This document shows positions 9,886 to 19,174 of a stretch of DNA of 64,000 nt, piece after piece. Under the pieces are notes generated by a model. That model worked only from the letters and a program-made list of their open reading frames with translations, was not told the origin of the DNA and did no database searches. The DNA is from a virus (taxonomy: Duplodnaviria; Caudoviricetes). Positions within the stretch are counted from its first letter, which is position 1. Each line of letters opens with the position of its first letter. The stretch is from positions 138,976 through 202,975 of IMG/VR virus record IMGVR_UViG_3300027917_000018; one strand, given 5' to 3'. The position numbers and the translations under genes were made by a program.

Positions 9886-10338
9886 ATGATACCGCGAGAC
9901 GTTTTCTACGATCGACTCGGCAAGCACTGCCAGCAGTGTGAGCACTGGGCCAACGTCTGCCTTAAGGGCCATGCGTCCAGCTCGCCGGAGGGCTGCCCGA
10001 TCTACAAGTTTCCGCCGATCCAGGGAGCCCAATACGCGTCCGTGCGCGAAGCCCCGTCGCCACCGGCCTTCGCCAATTGCTGCGGTAACACTATCCAAGA
10101 ACTGGAACCGTTAACCTGGCCGCAAGTTTTGGCGCATTTTGCCGAATCCATGACGAAGTGGATCGCGTCGGGAATGAAGGTCGTCAAGAAGGACACGCAC
10201 ATGAGCCGCTACGGCACCTGCAAGCTCAACACGTGCGGGGAATTCCGGGATTTCTACTGCCACCACTGTAAGTGCATCGCTTACTGCAAGGCCAAGCTGG
10301 CGACGGAAACGTGCCCGAAGAAGCTCTGGCCTACATGA
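9886..10338 (+). CDS. Cys-rich metal-binding hypothetical protein
   Basis: About 14 Cys including CxxC pairs and terminal KxxxxxxCPxxxW. Confidence 0.6.
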   Translation: MIPRDVFYDRLGKHCQQCEHWANVCLKGHASSSPEGCPIYKFPPIQGAQYASVREAPSPPAFANCCGNTIQELEPLTWPQVLAHFAESMTKWIASGMKVVKKDTHMSRYGTCKLNTCGEFRDFYCHHCKCIAYCKAKLATETCPKKLWPT

Positions 10339-11086
10339 CTTCGAGCTGGGTGCCGTCTTCCGTCGGGCTGATGTAGATTTCGCCGTAGGAATGAGCAGCT
10401 GCCGTGAGCCGCTCGCCCGCCTCTTCATCGTCCGTGAAATCGCCATCCCAAAAGCCAGCGCCGTGGCCGTTGCGGGTTAGCCAGAAGTCGTGCCCGGCCC
10501 GTGACGGATCGCCTTCGATGTCCCGCCAGTTTTTCTTCCAGAAGTCTTCGCATTCAGCCCGGAGCGTCTCTCGGGCCGCGTCGGTGAAGTCCCCGGTGTC
10601 GTAATCACGGTCCAGTGGGTGGCCGTGGCCTTCAGGGTCAACGGCGTCGTTGTTGCTGCTCCAGATGGCTGTCTCCAAGTATTGCTCGAAGAATTCTTCG
10701 GGCATTTCGGGCACGTGCGGGGCGTGCTTTTTGAGAAACTCACGGGGCGTTTCGGCCTCTACGACATCGCTGATTTCCCCGACGCCATGTCCGGTTGAGC
10801 TGACGAGAAAGATTTTGTTTACAGAAGGGCCTATAAGCCTTGGGTAGCCAAGCGGCTTGCCTAAGAGATTGTGGGCAATGCTCTTGGCGTCCTTGTAATC
10901 TCGTGTCGACCCATTGTCCGGCGTTCCACGGCCCCAATACCAGTGGGGTATGCCGTAGGTCCAGTAATAGGGAGTGCCTTCAGCCACACCGACCAGGAAA
11001 AACCGTGGATTGCGAAACTTGTGCTTGAGCAAGTCCCTGGGCGATTCCCCGGCCAATCCGTCGATGATAGCCCGTGCCCGGCTCAT
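10331..11086 (-). CDS. leader-family protein A (putative head-packaged), two modules
   Basis: Start MSRARAIIDGLAGESPRDLLK (ATGA overlap); internal VVEAETPREFLKKHAP; acidic C-terminal module with FWLTRNGHGAGFWD. Confidence 0.7.
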   Translation of the reverse strand: MSRARAIIDGLAGESPRDLLKHKFRNPRFFLVGVAEGTPYYWTYGIPHWYWGRGTPDNGSTRDYKDAKSIAHNLLGKPLGYPRLIGPSVNKIFLVSSTGHGVGEISDVVEAETPREFLKKHAPHVPEMPEEFFEQYLETAIWSSNNDAVDPEGHGHPLDRDYDTGDFTDAARETLRAECEDFWKKNWRDIEGDPSRAGHDFWLTRNGHGAGFWDGDFTDDEEAGERLTAAAHSYGEIYISPTEDGTQLEVM

Positions 11087-12093
11087 AGGTCGCGCTCCCG
11101 CTTTACGTCGTGGGCGTAGTAGTCCAGCTTGAAGCCCATCTTTTGCGCCAGCCGCCACGGCGCTTCTTCGCGGGTCTCTGGCGGAAGGTAGCCCCTGTGG
11201 CGCAGCCAGTCGAAGGCGCGGGTCAGGTAGTGGTCGCCGTAGCCTCCGGCCATCGGGAGCGTGTGAACCAACTCGCCGTTTACATAAATGTCCGCCGTGT
11301 TGTAGGTGTTGCCATAGGTTCGGCGAAACCACCGCCTGCCGATGACGGCGACTTCGCGCAGGACAAAGTGCTTTTTCAGAAGGTCGCGGGCCGACACCGC
11401 CTCCTGTTGGGGCCTGGGCGGCAGTAGCGGCGCAAAGATGTTTACGAACTGCTCCTTCGGGAGAAGCCGCGACATCATGCTCATCAGGTCATAAATGTCG
11501 CCCAGCGGGATTGGCTTTTCGCCGGATATGTCGTACCAGACCTTGTCCTTTTTCTCCCAAAAAGAGCCGCCGGATGGCAGATCGATGCGCCGCCCGGTCC
11601 ATTCAGTCTTGCGCTTGAAAAACTCACGAGGATTCACGGCCTCGACGACTTTGGGCCTGGTCTGCTCACGCGGCCAGAGCACGATGCGCCATTCACGAGG
11701 CCCGGCTACGCCGTCCACCCTACCGCTTCGCTGGCCTTTGCTGGCGTTGGGATACATTTTTGAGGTGTACCTGTGCATTTCGTCGGCGATGACCTGCTCT
11801 TCCTCATCCGTGAAATCCAGCAAGTCGGGATGGTTGGGATACCGCTGGAAGGTCTGCTCGAAGCCTAAAGCGTCTTCCACATCGTTGAGCAAACCGTACT
11901 CGCCGTCTTGTGGGAACACCGAGCCGTCGTCCCCAATGCCGACGGGCACGTATTCGGTCTGGTCATCGTCCATCATCGGCGGCTTACGGATCGCCAGATA
12001 GTAGCCTTCTCCGCCAGGTGGCAGCAGACGCGGCAGCCGCTTGATAATGGATCGCGGGCTCTCAGCCTCAATGATGTCGCGTGCCCGGCTCAT
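11083..12093 (-). CDS. leader-family protein B (putative head-packaged), three modules
   Basis: MSRARDIIEAESPR; internal VVEAVNPREFFK and QEAVSARDLLKK. Confidence 0.7.
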   Translation of the reverse strand: MSRARDIIEAESPRSIIKRLPRLLPPGGEGYYLAIRKPPMMDDDQTEYVPVGIGDDGSVFPQDGEYGLLNDVEDALGFEQTFQRYPNHPDLLDFTDEEEQVIADEMHRYTSKMYPNASKGQRSGRVDGVAGPREWRIVLWPREQTRPKVVEAVNPREFFKRKTEWTGRRIDLPSGGSFWEKKDKVWYDISGEKPIPLGDIYDLMSMMSRLLPKEQFVNIFAPLLPPRPQQEAVSARDLLKKHFVLREVAVIGRRWFRRTYGNTYNTADIYVNGELVHTLPMAGGYGDHYLTRAFDWLRHRGYLPPETREEAPWRLAQKMGFKLDYYAHDVKRERDL

Positions 12094-12329
12094 TTTTGAG
12101 CGTAAGCCTTTTTGATCGCGTCCGGCGGATCGGCGGCCATGAGGCGCATGGTGCTGCCATCGTCGAAGGTGACGATGTGCATGACTTCGGGCATCAAGTC
12201 CGAAGCGGGCGTGTTGGGCTGGGCGACCTCGGCGCTTACGGGCCGCCTGGCGCGGCGGGCCGCCTGGCTAAAGCGCTTGATTTTGTCCCGAGCGGACTCA
12301 GCCTCCAGGATGGTGCGCGCACGGCTCAT
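12090..12329 (-). CDS. leader-family protein C
   Basis: MSRARTILEAESARDKIK; ATGA overlaps. Confidence 0.7.
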   Translation of the reverse strand: MSRARTILEAESARDKIKRFSQAARRARRPVSAEVAQPNTPASDLMPEVMHIVTFDDGSTMRLMAADPPDAIKKAYAQK

Positions 12330-12586
12330 TTCCACTTTCCTGGCGTCAGCAGCTTCATGCGCTCGATCGCCTGGATCAGTTCCTCGGGGTCTAGGTTTTC
12401 ACCAAGCGCTTCGAGCCACGACCGGATGCGCTCCCGGTAGTCGGGATTTTTGCCTTTCCAGACCGGCCAGTTGTTCATCCAATCATGCCGTCCGATGACC
12501 TGTTCAACGAAGTCGGCAGCGAGGTCTTCAGCCTCGCTGATGCGCGGCGGGTGATAGTGGAGTGTAGGGTCCATCTGTAGGTACAT
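12326..12586 (-). CDS. hypothetical protein
   Basis: First gene of the leader-family operon; start uncertain (12586 or 12574). Confidence 0.5.
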   Translation of the reverse strand: MYLQMDPTLHYHPPRISEAEDLAADFVEQVIGRHDWMNNWPVWKGKNPDYRERIRSWLEALGENLDPEELIQAIERMKLLTPGKWK

Positions 12587-12588
12587 AC

Positions 12589-13026
12589 GTGAGCGGCGAG
12601 GCACAGACTTGCCCAAGGCGAATGCAGGAAGTAGGGCCTTGGAAGAAGGCAGAAAACGTGGACTCATGGGAAGCCCGCGACGGCCACCGCTTTTGCTCAT
12701 TCTGCGGGTGCCTTCACCCGGACGAGTTCCTGGAGATGGCCGAGTCGGGCGAGCAAATTATCCCGACCGACAAGAGCTACAAGGTCTATGTAAGAACAAT
12801 GGGCACAGGTGTTTGCAGCATGTGCCGTGGCTCGGGCAAAATGGAGGATGGCCGCAAGTGCCCTGTATGCCAGGATGGTCGAGCCTGGAGCGGCCCGCAG
12901 CTCAAAGCCTATTTTCAGCACTTTAGCGAGGAGCAGGCTCAGCGGTTCACACGGTTGCACAATGAGAGACGGCTGATCATGGCGCATCCTGGTCACTTTT
13001 ACGTGAAGCCGTTCTTCTGGAAGTAG
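12589..13026 (+). CDS. zinc-binding hypothetical protein
   Basis: CSFCGCLHP motif plus DnaJ-like CxxCxGxG...CxxC insert. Confidence 0.65.
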   Translation: MSGEAQTCPRRMQEVGPWKKAENVDSWEARDGHRFCSFCGCLHPDEFLEMAESGEQIIPTDKSYKVYVRTMGTGVCSMCRGSGKMEDGRKCPVCQDGRAWSGPQLKAYFQHFSEEQAQRFTRLHNERRLIMAHPGHFYVKPFFWK

Positions 13027-13028
13027 AC

Positions 13029-13814
13029 ATGGCAGCGAACCCTTGTGGCATTTTACAGGCACTGGTCGCGTGGCAGATGTCCGTCATCGCCTCGCTGAAC
13101 AAGAAATTTGCCGCGCTTCAGCGCCTGACTGAGCTGTTGGAGCAGCTGGGCGACATCTCCAACGCCCTGCCCGCCAGCCTCGATGAGCTGGTGCCGGTCA
13201 TCGACATCGACCTCGACGTTTACACGGCGCTTCAGGTCAACTGTCCTTTCCTGAACCTGCCACCGGCCACGACCGAGGACCTCAACGCGCTGAGAAGCCG
13301 CGTAAATGCGGCCTACGCGCTCCTGGCGCGGGACATCCTGAAGCATCCCTGGATCAGAATGAACAAGGTTCAGGCCATGCTCAACGACTATCAGCAGAAG
13401 GTCAATTACCCGTACGGTGAGGACTACATCCGCTGCTTGAACAGCGTATGTGCGGCGATCGGTGCCGTGGGCGGCTTTCTCTCCAACATGAGCCAGGTCA
13501 ACATCGTGAGCGAGCTGGCCAACTTTGGAGAGAACTTCGTGCGAAACAGCGGACGCGTGCTTTCGGACGCGGCCAAGATCAAGGCCGAAGATGCACTCGA
13601 CGTTTACAACGGCCTGCTGGACCTGCGGGACGATACGCTCCAGGACTTCCAGCAGCCCGGCTCGCCGCAGCGGCCTCCGTTGCGCCTGGGCCGTTACGAG
13701 GAGCCCGATTTCACTTTCCAGGACGATGCGTGGCGCACGAGTTTCCCCGATGGTTTTCCGTCTGGCGCGATTACCAACGTGGGCAGCGTGATACCGCCGT
13801 CGGCGCAGCAATAA
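13029..13814 (+). CDS. helical hypothetical protein
   Basis: Long ORF in operon context; no recognised motif. Confidence 0.6.
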   Translation: MAANPCGILQALVAWQMSVIASLNKKFAALQRLTELLEQLGDISNALPASLDELVPVIDIDLDVYTALQVNCPFLNLPPATTEDLNALRSRVNAAYALLARDILKHPWIRMNKVQAMLNDYQQKVNYPYGEDYIRCLNSVCAAIGAVGGFLSNMSQVNIVSELANFGENFVRNSGRVLSDAAKIKAEDALDVYNGLLDLRDDTLQDFQQPGSPQRPPLRLGRYEEPDFTFQDDAWRTSFPDGFPSGAITNVGSVIPPSAQQ

Positions 13815-13851
13815 GTTGAACCGGTTGGAGAAACGAAATAAGGTAAACAGA

Positions 13852-14034
13852 ATGAAGCATCCTGACGATGGAAAATTCGTGGTCGTACAGGGCAGCGAGC
13901 GGATGACCGGCACAATGGACGAAAGCGCGGCCAAGCAAGAGGCTGAGCGCTTGCGCAAGCTCCAGGAGGGCAAGCAGCAGGAAGGCCAGCCGCCCGCCGA
14001 GGCACCGAAAGTAGTGCAGAACCTTTACGGTTAA
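13852..14034 (+). CDS. small hypothetical protein
   Basis: MKHPDDGKFVVVQGS; ATG 13852 chosen as start. Confidence 0.55.
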   Translation: MKHPDDGKFVVVQGSERMTGTMDESAAKQEAERLRKLQEGKQQEGQPPAEAPKVVQNLYG

Positions 14035-14049
14035 TCTGTTCTATGCTTT

Positions 14050-14781
14050 GTGCCCGCCCGACGAAAGAAGGCTAGACGGCCAAGAGAAGTTCAAGGCGCT
14101 CCGGTTCAAGCCGAGCAAGCGCCGCCGCAAGAAGCGCTGCCAGAAGCGCAGAACGTTAATCTTCCGGCCAGGCTACCGGTAGCTCAGCCCGGTGAGCCCA
14201 ACATTCCCCGCAGTGCCGAGGATGTCGTGGCCAACGTCATCAACCGGCAGCTCCTCGACGAAATCGAGAATCCGCCTGAAGCCGACCCGCTCGATCCCGA
14301 AATTATCAGCCTCCAGGAAGTCCTGAAGGCCATCGATGAGGGGCGGCCCGTCGCGGAGCTGACGCCGTTGATTGCCCACGCCACCAGCGGCCAGGACCAG
14401 CTTGACACGCTTGTTTACACCCATTACCGCCGGTACCGAGCTAAGAAGCTTTTGCGGTGGCTGGAGAACGACGCCCACGCAGATCGGTTCCTGAATCGGG
14501 CTTTCCGCCGTGGCGACTTGACGCCCGCCGAGGCCCTTGTCTTCAAGCGCCTGGCCCAGTCCGAAATCAAGGAGCAAGCCATGCAGATTCTAAACGAGCT
14601 TCGCGAAGGTGCCCCGACCGTCGCGCCGGAAGAGGCAGCCACGCGTATCGACTACAACCTCCATCAGACTTCGGATCGCACGGTCATTACCAAGACGTTT
14701 GAGAAGATGACGCCGCAGGGCCGCGAGATTGTGCGCAAGCTGATCTTTCGGGCTAGGACAAAACTGTTTACGAAAAAATGA
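14050..14781 (+). CDS. hypothetical protein (possible small terminase, by position only)
   Basis: Helical, basic termini, upstream of TerL; GTTCT motif 7 nt before GTG. Confidence 0.5.
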   Translation: MPARRKKARRPREVQGAPVQAEQAPPQEALPEAQNVNLPARLPVAQPGEPNIPRSAEDVVANVINRQLLDEIENPPEADPLDPEIISLQEVLKAIDEGRPVAELTPLIAHATSGQDQLDTLVYTHYRRYRAKKLLRWLENDAHADRFLNRAFRRGDLTPAEALVFKRLAQSEIKEQAMQILNELREGAPTVAPEEAATRIDYNLHQTSDRTVITKTFEKMTPQGREIVRKLIFRARTKLFTKK

Positions 14782-15086
14782 TCGCGACGCTGAGCAGTTT
14801 TACTCCGGTCAGCGATTCCACGGACAGCACCTATTACTACTCGATTTCAAATTCCGAGCACACTGCTCCCGAGTTCCTGCCGGGTTTCTATTTGCTGCGT
14901 TACGTGGACAGGTATGCGTCGACGGACGAAATCTATAAGCTGATCCATGCGGCAGAAATGCGCTGCCGTGATTTGAGCGGGCTTTATCGCACGCCGCGTA
15001 AACAATTTCCCCTTCGAGCGTTTCAGGCTCCCCGAGTGATTCGCCAGCCGTGCTGGTCCGCCAGGCGGTGGCGCTCCGTCACGTAA
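14778..15086 (+). CDS. hypothetical protein
   Basis: ATGA-coupled ORF filling the gap. Confidence 0.45.
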   Translation: MIATLSSFTPVSDSTDSTYYYSISNSEHTAPEFLPGFYLLRYVDRYASTDEIYKLIHAAEMRCRDLSGLYRTPRKQFPLRAFQAPRVIRQPCWSARRWRSVT

Positions 15087-15101
15087 TCCGTTCTGTAAGG
15101 C

Positions 15102-15629
15102 ATGAGCACGCAGCCGCCAATCGTGGCGGTCATCGGCGCGCCGACGCTCGTGCCGCGCCTGGTGACCGCGTTGAAAGAGAAGGGCTACCACGACCCCATC
15201 GTGCCTGACGACACTGAGTTGCAGCACGAGCCGTCGATGCGCAAGTTCCTGAGCTACGCCAGTCCCGACGTTTTGGTGATCGCGCAGGACCGTGTTAAGG
15301 CCGAGTCCGCGAGCATGGTTCAGGCACTGCTGACCGGCATCTTCGCGTTCCAGTGTTCAATGGGACTGGCCAAGGTCGTTTTGCTGACCGGCGTATGGCC
15401 GGACCCTGAATTCTGGACGCTCGTCAACATCGGCCAGGTCATGATGAAGGAGGGCAAAATCACGCTCGGCTGGTACCTGAAGCACCCCAAAAGCCCGGCC
15501 ATGCTCGACTGGGCGGAGGAGTCGGTTCTAGCAATGCGTGAGCTTTTACAGGCGCAAGAAGCGAACCAGAAAAGCGCCCAAGGCCAGGACCAAAAAGAGC
15601 AAGTGCGCAACGAAGTGGTGTCGCAATGA
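15102..15629 (+). CDS. hypothetical alpha/beta protein
   Basis: PIVAVIGAP...PDVLVIAQD...KVVLLTG, a Rossmann-like strand pattern. Confidence 0.55.
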   Translation: MSTQPPIVAVIGAPTLVPRLVTALKEKGYHDPIVPDDTELQHEPSMRKFLSYASPDVLVIAQDRVKAESASMVQALLTGIFAFQCSMGLAKVVLLTGVWPDPEFWTLVNIGQVMMKEGKITLGWYLKHPKSPAMLDWAEESVLAMRELLQAQEANQKSAQGQDQKEQVRNEVVSQ

Positions 15630-16032
15630 GCGGGCGGTCAACAATACGGGCCGCCTCCTGCGGCATTGCTGGAAATGCCGATCACGAATGCTCAAGGAGC
15701 GACACCCCGAGACCTACGCCCTTAACGCGATGCGCCAACGCGCCAAGCAGCGCGGCATGCCGTTTACCATTACGCTCAGCGAGTGGCGGGAATTTTGTCG
15801 AAAGACCGGTTACCTCGAAAACAAAGGCAAGGAACCCGATTCCTACACGGTTGACCGGATCGACGACAGCAAGGGCTACCACATCTGGAACATCCGAATT
15901 TTGAGCCATGCCGAAAACAGCAGAGACCAATACCGGAACTTCGAGCCGGGCGAAGAAAGAGAATTCGCCGACGAGGAGGACTTCAGCCAGGACGCCCCGG
16001 CGTACCAGCCAGAGCCAGGCGAGCCTTTTTAA
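15538..16032 (+). CDS. HNH/His-Me finger endonuclease-like protein
   Basis: CxxxxC..CxxC, RAKQRGMPFTIT, TVDRIDDSKGYHIWNIRILSHAEN. Confidence 0.75.
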   Translation: MSFYRRKKRTRKAPKARTKKSKCATKWCRNERAVNNTGRLLRHCWKCRSRMLKERHPETYALNAMRQRAKQRGMPFTITLSEWREFCRKTGYLENKGKEPDSYTVDRIDDSKGYHIWNIRILSHAENSRDQYRNFEPGEEREFADEEDFSQDAPAYQPEPGEPF

Positions 16033-16033
16033 G

Positions 16034-16285
16034 GTGCCAGAAAGCTTACGGATCGGCCAAAGCGAGGCTCAGGTCCTGGTCTTCGTTTACCAAAATCCAG
16101 GGCTGGACCTGGAGGAATGGCCGGACCATGTGCGCCGCCTTCGTGCCGTGGAGAAGCTGCGCAAGGAGCGACGTATCACGCGGAAGTACTTCCCGACCCG
16201 TTATTACTTGAGCCGGTCAGGTTACCCTGTGGCAAGTTGGATTGTACGGTTAAATGGCCTCCAGCAACACAAGTACGCGATCTAA
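16034..16285 (+). CDS. small basic hypothetical protein
   Basis: GTG 16034 directly after upstream stop; overlaps the TerL start. Confidence 0.45.
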   Translation: MPESLRIGQSEAQVLVFVYQNPGLDLEEWPDHVRRLRAVEKLRKERRITRKYFPTRYYLSRSGYPVASWIVRLNGLQQHKYAI

Positions 16286-18341
16286 GCCTCGTCGGCTGTC
16301 CCGGCAGCAGCGGATCGATCGCGTTTTGGAGCTTGGTTTCGCGGGCGAGGACGTTGACAAGCTGTTGGAGGCGCTGAACGAGACCGAGCGCGAATGGCTT
16401 TGGGACGAGCTGGCCACGCTCAAGCGCACCGAGTCCGTTAAGGAGAAGGAATCCAAGCGCTTTGACTTTCTCCACAACCCACCGTTGATGGAACAGTACA
16501 TCAACGACGACTATTACCTGGGAAAAACGCTGCGGCCCAGCGAGGAGAACATCGGCATCTACCCGCGCTGGGCGCAGGTCCTGACCAGGGATTTCAACAT
16601 CGATTCCAGGATTCATAACGCCGTGATCACGGGATCGCTTGGTATCGGCAAAACCTGGATCATGGTGGCGATCCTGCTCTACCGAATCACGGTCACCACG
16701 CTGCTGCGTAACCCGCAGAACTTCTTCGGCCTGGCCCGTGGCTCGAACATCATCTACAACATTCTGTCGGTCACACGAGAAACCGTGCGGCAGACCGCCT
16801 TTGGGGATGCCATCAACTTCATGACGGCCAGCCCCTATTTCCTGGAGGAGCTGCGCTTTGACCCGGAGATGGAGTACTCCAAGTCAATCGTCCCGTTCCG
16901 CAACAACATCTTCCTGACGGCGGGTTCCAAGGGGTGGCACGTCTTAGGACGGAACGTCCTGGGCGTGGGCCTGGACGAGGGGAACTTCCGTTTGGAGCAG
17001 GACCCGGATGAGCGAGCCTACTCGCTTTACGATCAGGTGCGGACCCGTATCAGCAACCGGTTTCAGAAGATCGAGGGCTTTCTGCCCGCCATTTCGCTGA
17101 TCGCTTCCTCGGCAAGTGACGAGTCATCGTTTACGGAAACGGTTATCAAGGACATTGAAAAGGCTGGCAGCCCGTCGACCCAGGCCGTTTACCGGGAGCC
17201 CGTTTACAGAATCAAGCGGCACGAGCTGAAACTGGGCAAGCGCTGGTTTCGAGTCTCCTACGGGCTTAAGAATCAGGAGCCGTCGATCATGCGCGGCTGG
17301 TACTTCGAGAATGGCGAGCCGATTCCCGAGGAAGGGCCGCACGAGGACCCGCCCAAGGGAGCCAAAACAGAGCTGGTGCCGGAGATGTACTTCGCAGACT
17401 TTCGGCGCAATCCTCGGGTAAATCTTCAGTCGGTTTCAGGCATTTCGACCGGTGGCAGCCACCGGTTGTTCTCCTCAATGATCGATGTGGAGCGCTGCAT
17501 CGAGATTTCGGAAATGGAGGGCGTAGTCAACCCCGTCAAGGGCCAGCAGCGTCTTTTGCCCATTTCGGTAGAGGACAACCTGAACCTGTGGGACTACATG
17601 GTTCATTCGACCTTCCTGACCCGCGTTCAGTCGAAGGTTCAGCCCAAGCGGCACCCGAACCGGCTGCGCTACGTTCATTTGGACTTGGCCACGGTCAGCA
17701 AGGCAGGCATCTCGGTCTGCCACTTGGTTGGCGGCAAAAAGGTCGAAGGCGTGATCCGGGACGGCGAGCCTTTCGACGAGTACCGCCTGATTGTCGAGTA
17801 CGACTTCATCCTTACGATCTGCGCAGGGCAGGTCAAAGGCATCAATTTCGACAAGATTTGCCGATTTTTCTTCTGGCTCCGGGACATGTGCGGCTTCCGC
17901 TTCGGGCTGATCACCGCAGACTGGTTTCAGTCGGAAATGCCTCTGCAAACGCTTGAGGCTGCTGGCTTTAAGGTCGACAAGCAGTCGTTGGATAAGGACA
18001 AGGCGGCCTACACCGCCTGGCGGACCGGATTTGAGGACTTGCGAATCCGGCTCTATCGCCAGGATGAGATGCTGGATGAGGCGGAGCAGTTGATGGAAGG
18101 TGACAAGAAGTTTGACCATCCGGCAACCGGCTCGAAGGACACAACCGACGCCTGCGCCGGAGCCTACTTTAACGCCGTCAACAGCGACGAGCGCACGACC
18201 TTGCTGACTCAGGCTGTGCCGAGTATCCACGGCTACACCACCGAGGAGGCGCTGGCTTTGCAAGCCGGTGGCCAGGCCATCATGGAGATTCCGCTACCGT
18301 CGAGAACCTATCGAACCGTCAAGGAGCACCGGCTGAAGTAA
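16254..18341 (+). CDS. terL: terminase large subunit
   Basis: Walker A GSLGIGKT, Walker B GVGLDE, nuclease HLDLA and DHPATGSKDTTDA motifs. Confidence 0.92.
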   Translation: MASSNTSTRSKPRRLSRQQRIDRVLELGFAGEDVDKLLEALNETEREWLWDELATLKRTESVKEKESKRFDFLHNPPLMEQYINDDYYLGKTLRPSEENIGIYPRWAQVLTRDFNIDSRIHNAVITGSLGIGKTWIMVAILLYRITVTTLLRNPQNFFGLARGSNIIYNILSVTRETVRQTAFGDAINFMTASPYFLEELRFDPEMEYSKSIVPFRNNIFLTAGSKGWHVLGRNVLGVGLDEGNFRLEQDPDERAYSLYDQVRTRISNRFQKIEGFLPAISLIASSASDESSFTETVIKDIEKAGSPSTQAVYREPVYRIKRHELKLGKRWFRVSYGLKNQEPSIMRGWYFENGEPIPEEGPHEDPPKGAKTELVPEMYFADFRRNPRVNLQSVSGISTGGSHRLFSSMIDVERCIEISEMEGVVNPVKGQQRLLPISVEDNLNLWDYMVHSTFLTRVQSKVQPKRHPNRLRYVHLDLATVSKAGISVCHLVGGKKVEGVIRDGEPFDEYRLIVEYDFILTICAGQVKGINFDKICRFFFWLRDMCGFRFGLITADWFQSEMPLQTLEAAGFKVDKQSLDKDKAAYTAWRTGFEDLRIRLYRQDEMLDEAEQLMEGDKKFDHPATGSKDTTDACAGAYFNAVNSDERTTLLTQAVPSIHGYTTEEALALQAGGQAIMEIPLPSRTYRTVKEHRLK

Positions 18342-18348
18342 TTAAGGT

Positions 18349-18678
18349 ATGGCTGACCGCGTACAGCTTCCACCTTATTCGATGTGGGCCAAGACTCCCG
18401 CCTATCCGGCGACGGCGGACGGGCAGAACATCGTCGTGTTCGGGATGTTGCAGGACGTGATCGTGCCCGACCCGACGGATGTAACCTACAAGGTGCCGGT
18501 GGGAGCGCGCTACCGCCTCGATTTGATTTCGCAGAGCTTTTACGGCGTTCCCGATCTGTGGTGGGTGATTGCGCGTGTAAACGGAATTCTCGATCCGGTG
18601 GTCGGAGCCACGCCGGGTGCGACTATCCGAGTGCCCACTAAGGCTCGGTTGGCCAGGGAAGGTCTGTTGAGCGTCTGA
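18349..18678 (+). CDS. baseplate wedge LysM-like protein (T4 gp53-like)
   Basis: YKV...RLDLISQSFYGVPDLWWVIARVNGI.DP...G..IRVP. Confidence 0.85.
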   Translation: MADRVQLPPYSMWAKTPAYPATADGQNIVVFGMLQDVIVPDPTDVTYKVPVGARYRLDLISQSFYGVPDLWWVIARVNGILDPVVGATPGATIRVPTKARLAREGLLSV

Positions 18679-18694
18679 GCCAGGAGCAAGCGAT

Positions 18695-19174
18695 ATGGGA
18701 TTACTGACTGAGAACAAGCTGAAATCGGTTATCGAGCTGCCCATTGCCCTGCCCGCCACGAAGGTCAGGCAGGGCGACTGGCTGATCGCCGCCAGCGTTA
18801 AAATCAGCGGTCAGCAGCGGCTATCGATCCGCCACATGACATTCCAGTTGTCGGAGGCGAATGTGGATGTGGGCGACATCGAGCCTGGCAATAAGGTCAT
18901 CCCGAACCTGGGGCTGGCCTACGTCGTTCTGCGCAAGGACTACGTCTCGGGTGTTCCGGGCGGCAGTGGTGCGCTCGATTCACTTTATCTCGACGATATT
19001 GGCTCCACGACAACGAGCACCGTATCGGCGCTCTACAGCGAGGCCGGAACGTACTCGATTCTCGTGGCCAACAACATGCAAGCTGTTTCGGGCGTGACAA
19101 TTCCGACGAGCACGTCGATCGATTTCACGCTGGTTCTAACCGGACACATTCGCCTGGAGCTGATCGGTGCCTGA
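18695..19174 (+). CDS. virion structural protein, paralog of 20021 ORF
   Basis: LPIALPAT...Q.LSIRH.T shared with the 20021 ORF. Confidence 0.6.
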   Translation: MGLLTENKLKSVIELPIALPATKVRQGDWLIAASVKISGQQRLSIRHMTFQLSEANVDVGDIEPGNKVIPNLGLAYVVLRKDYVSGVPGGSGALDSLYLDDIGSTTTSTVSALYSEAGTYSILVANNMQAVSGVTIPTSTSIDFTLVLTGHIRLELIGA

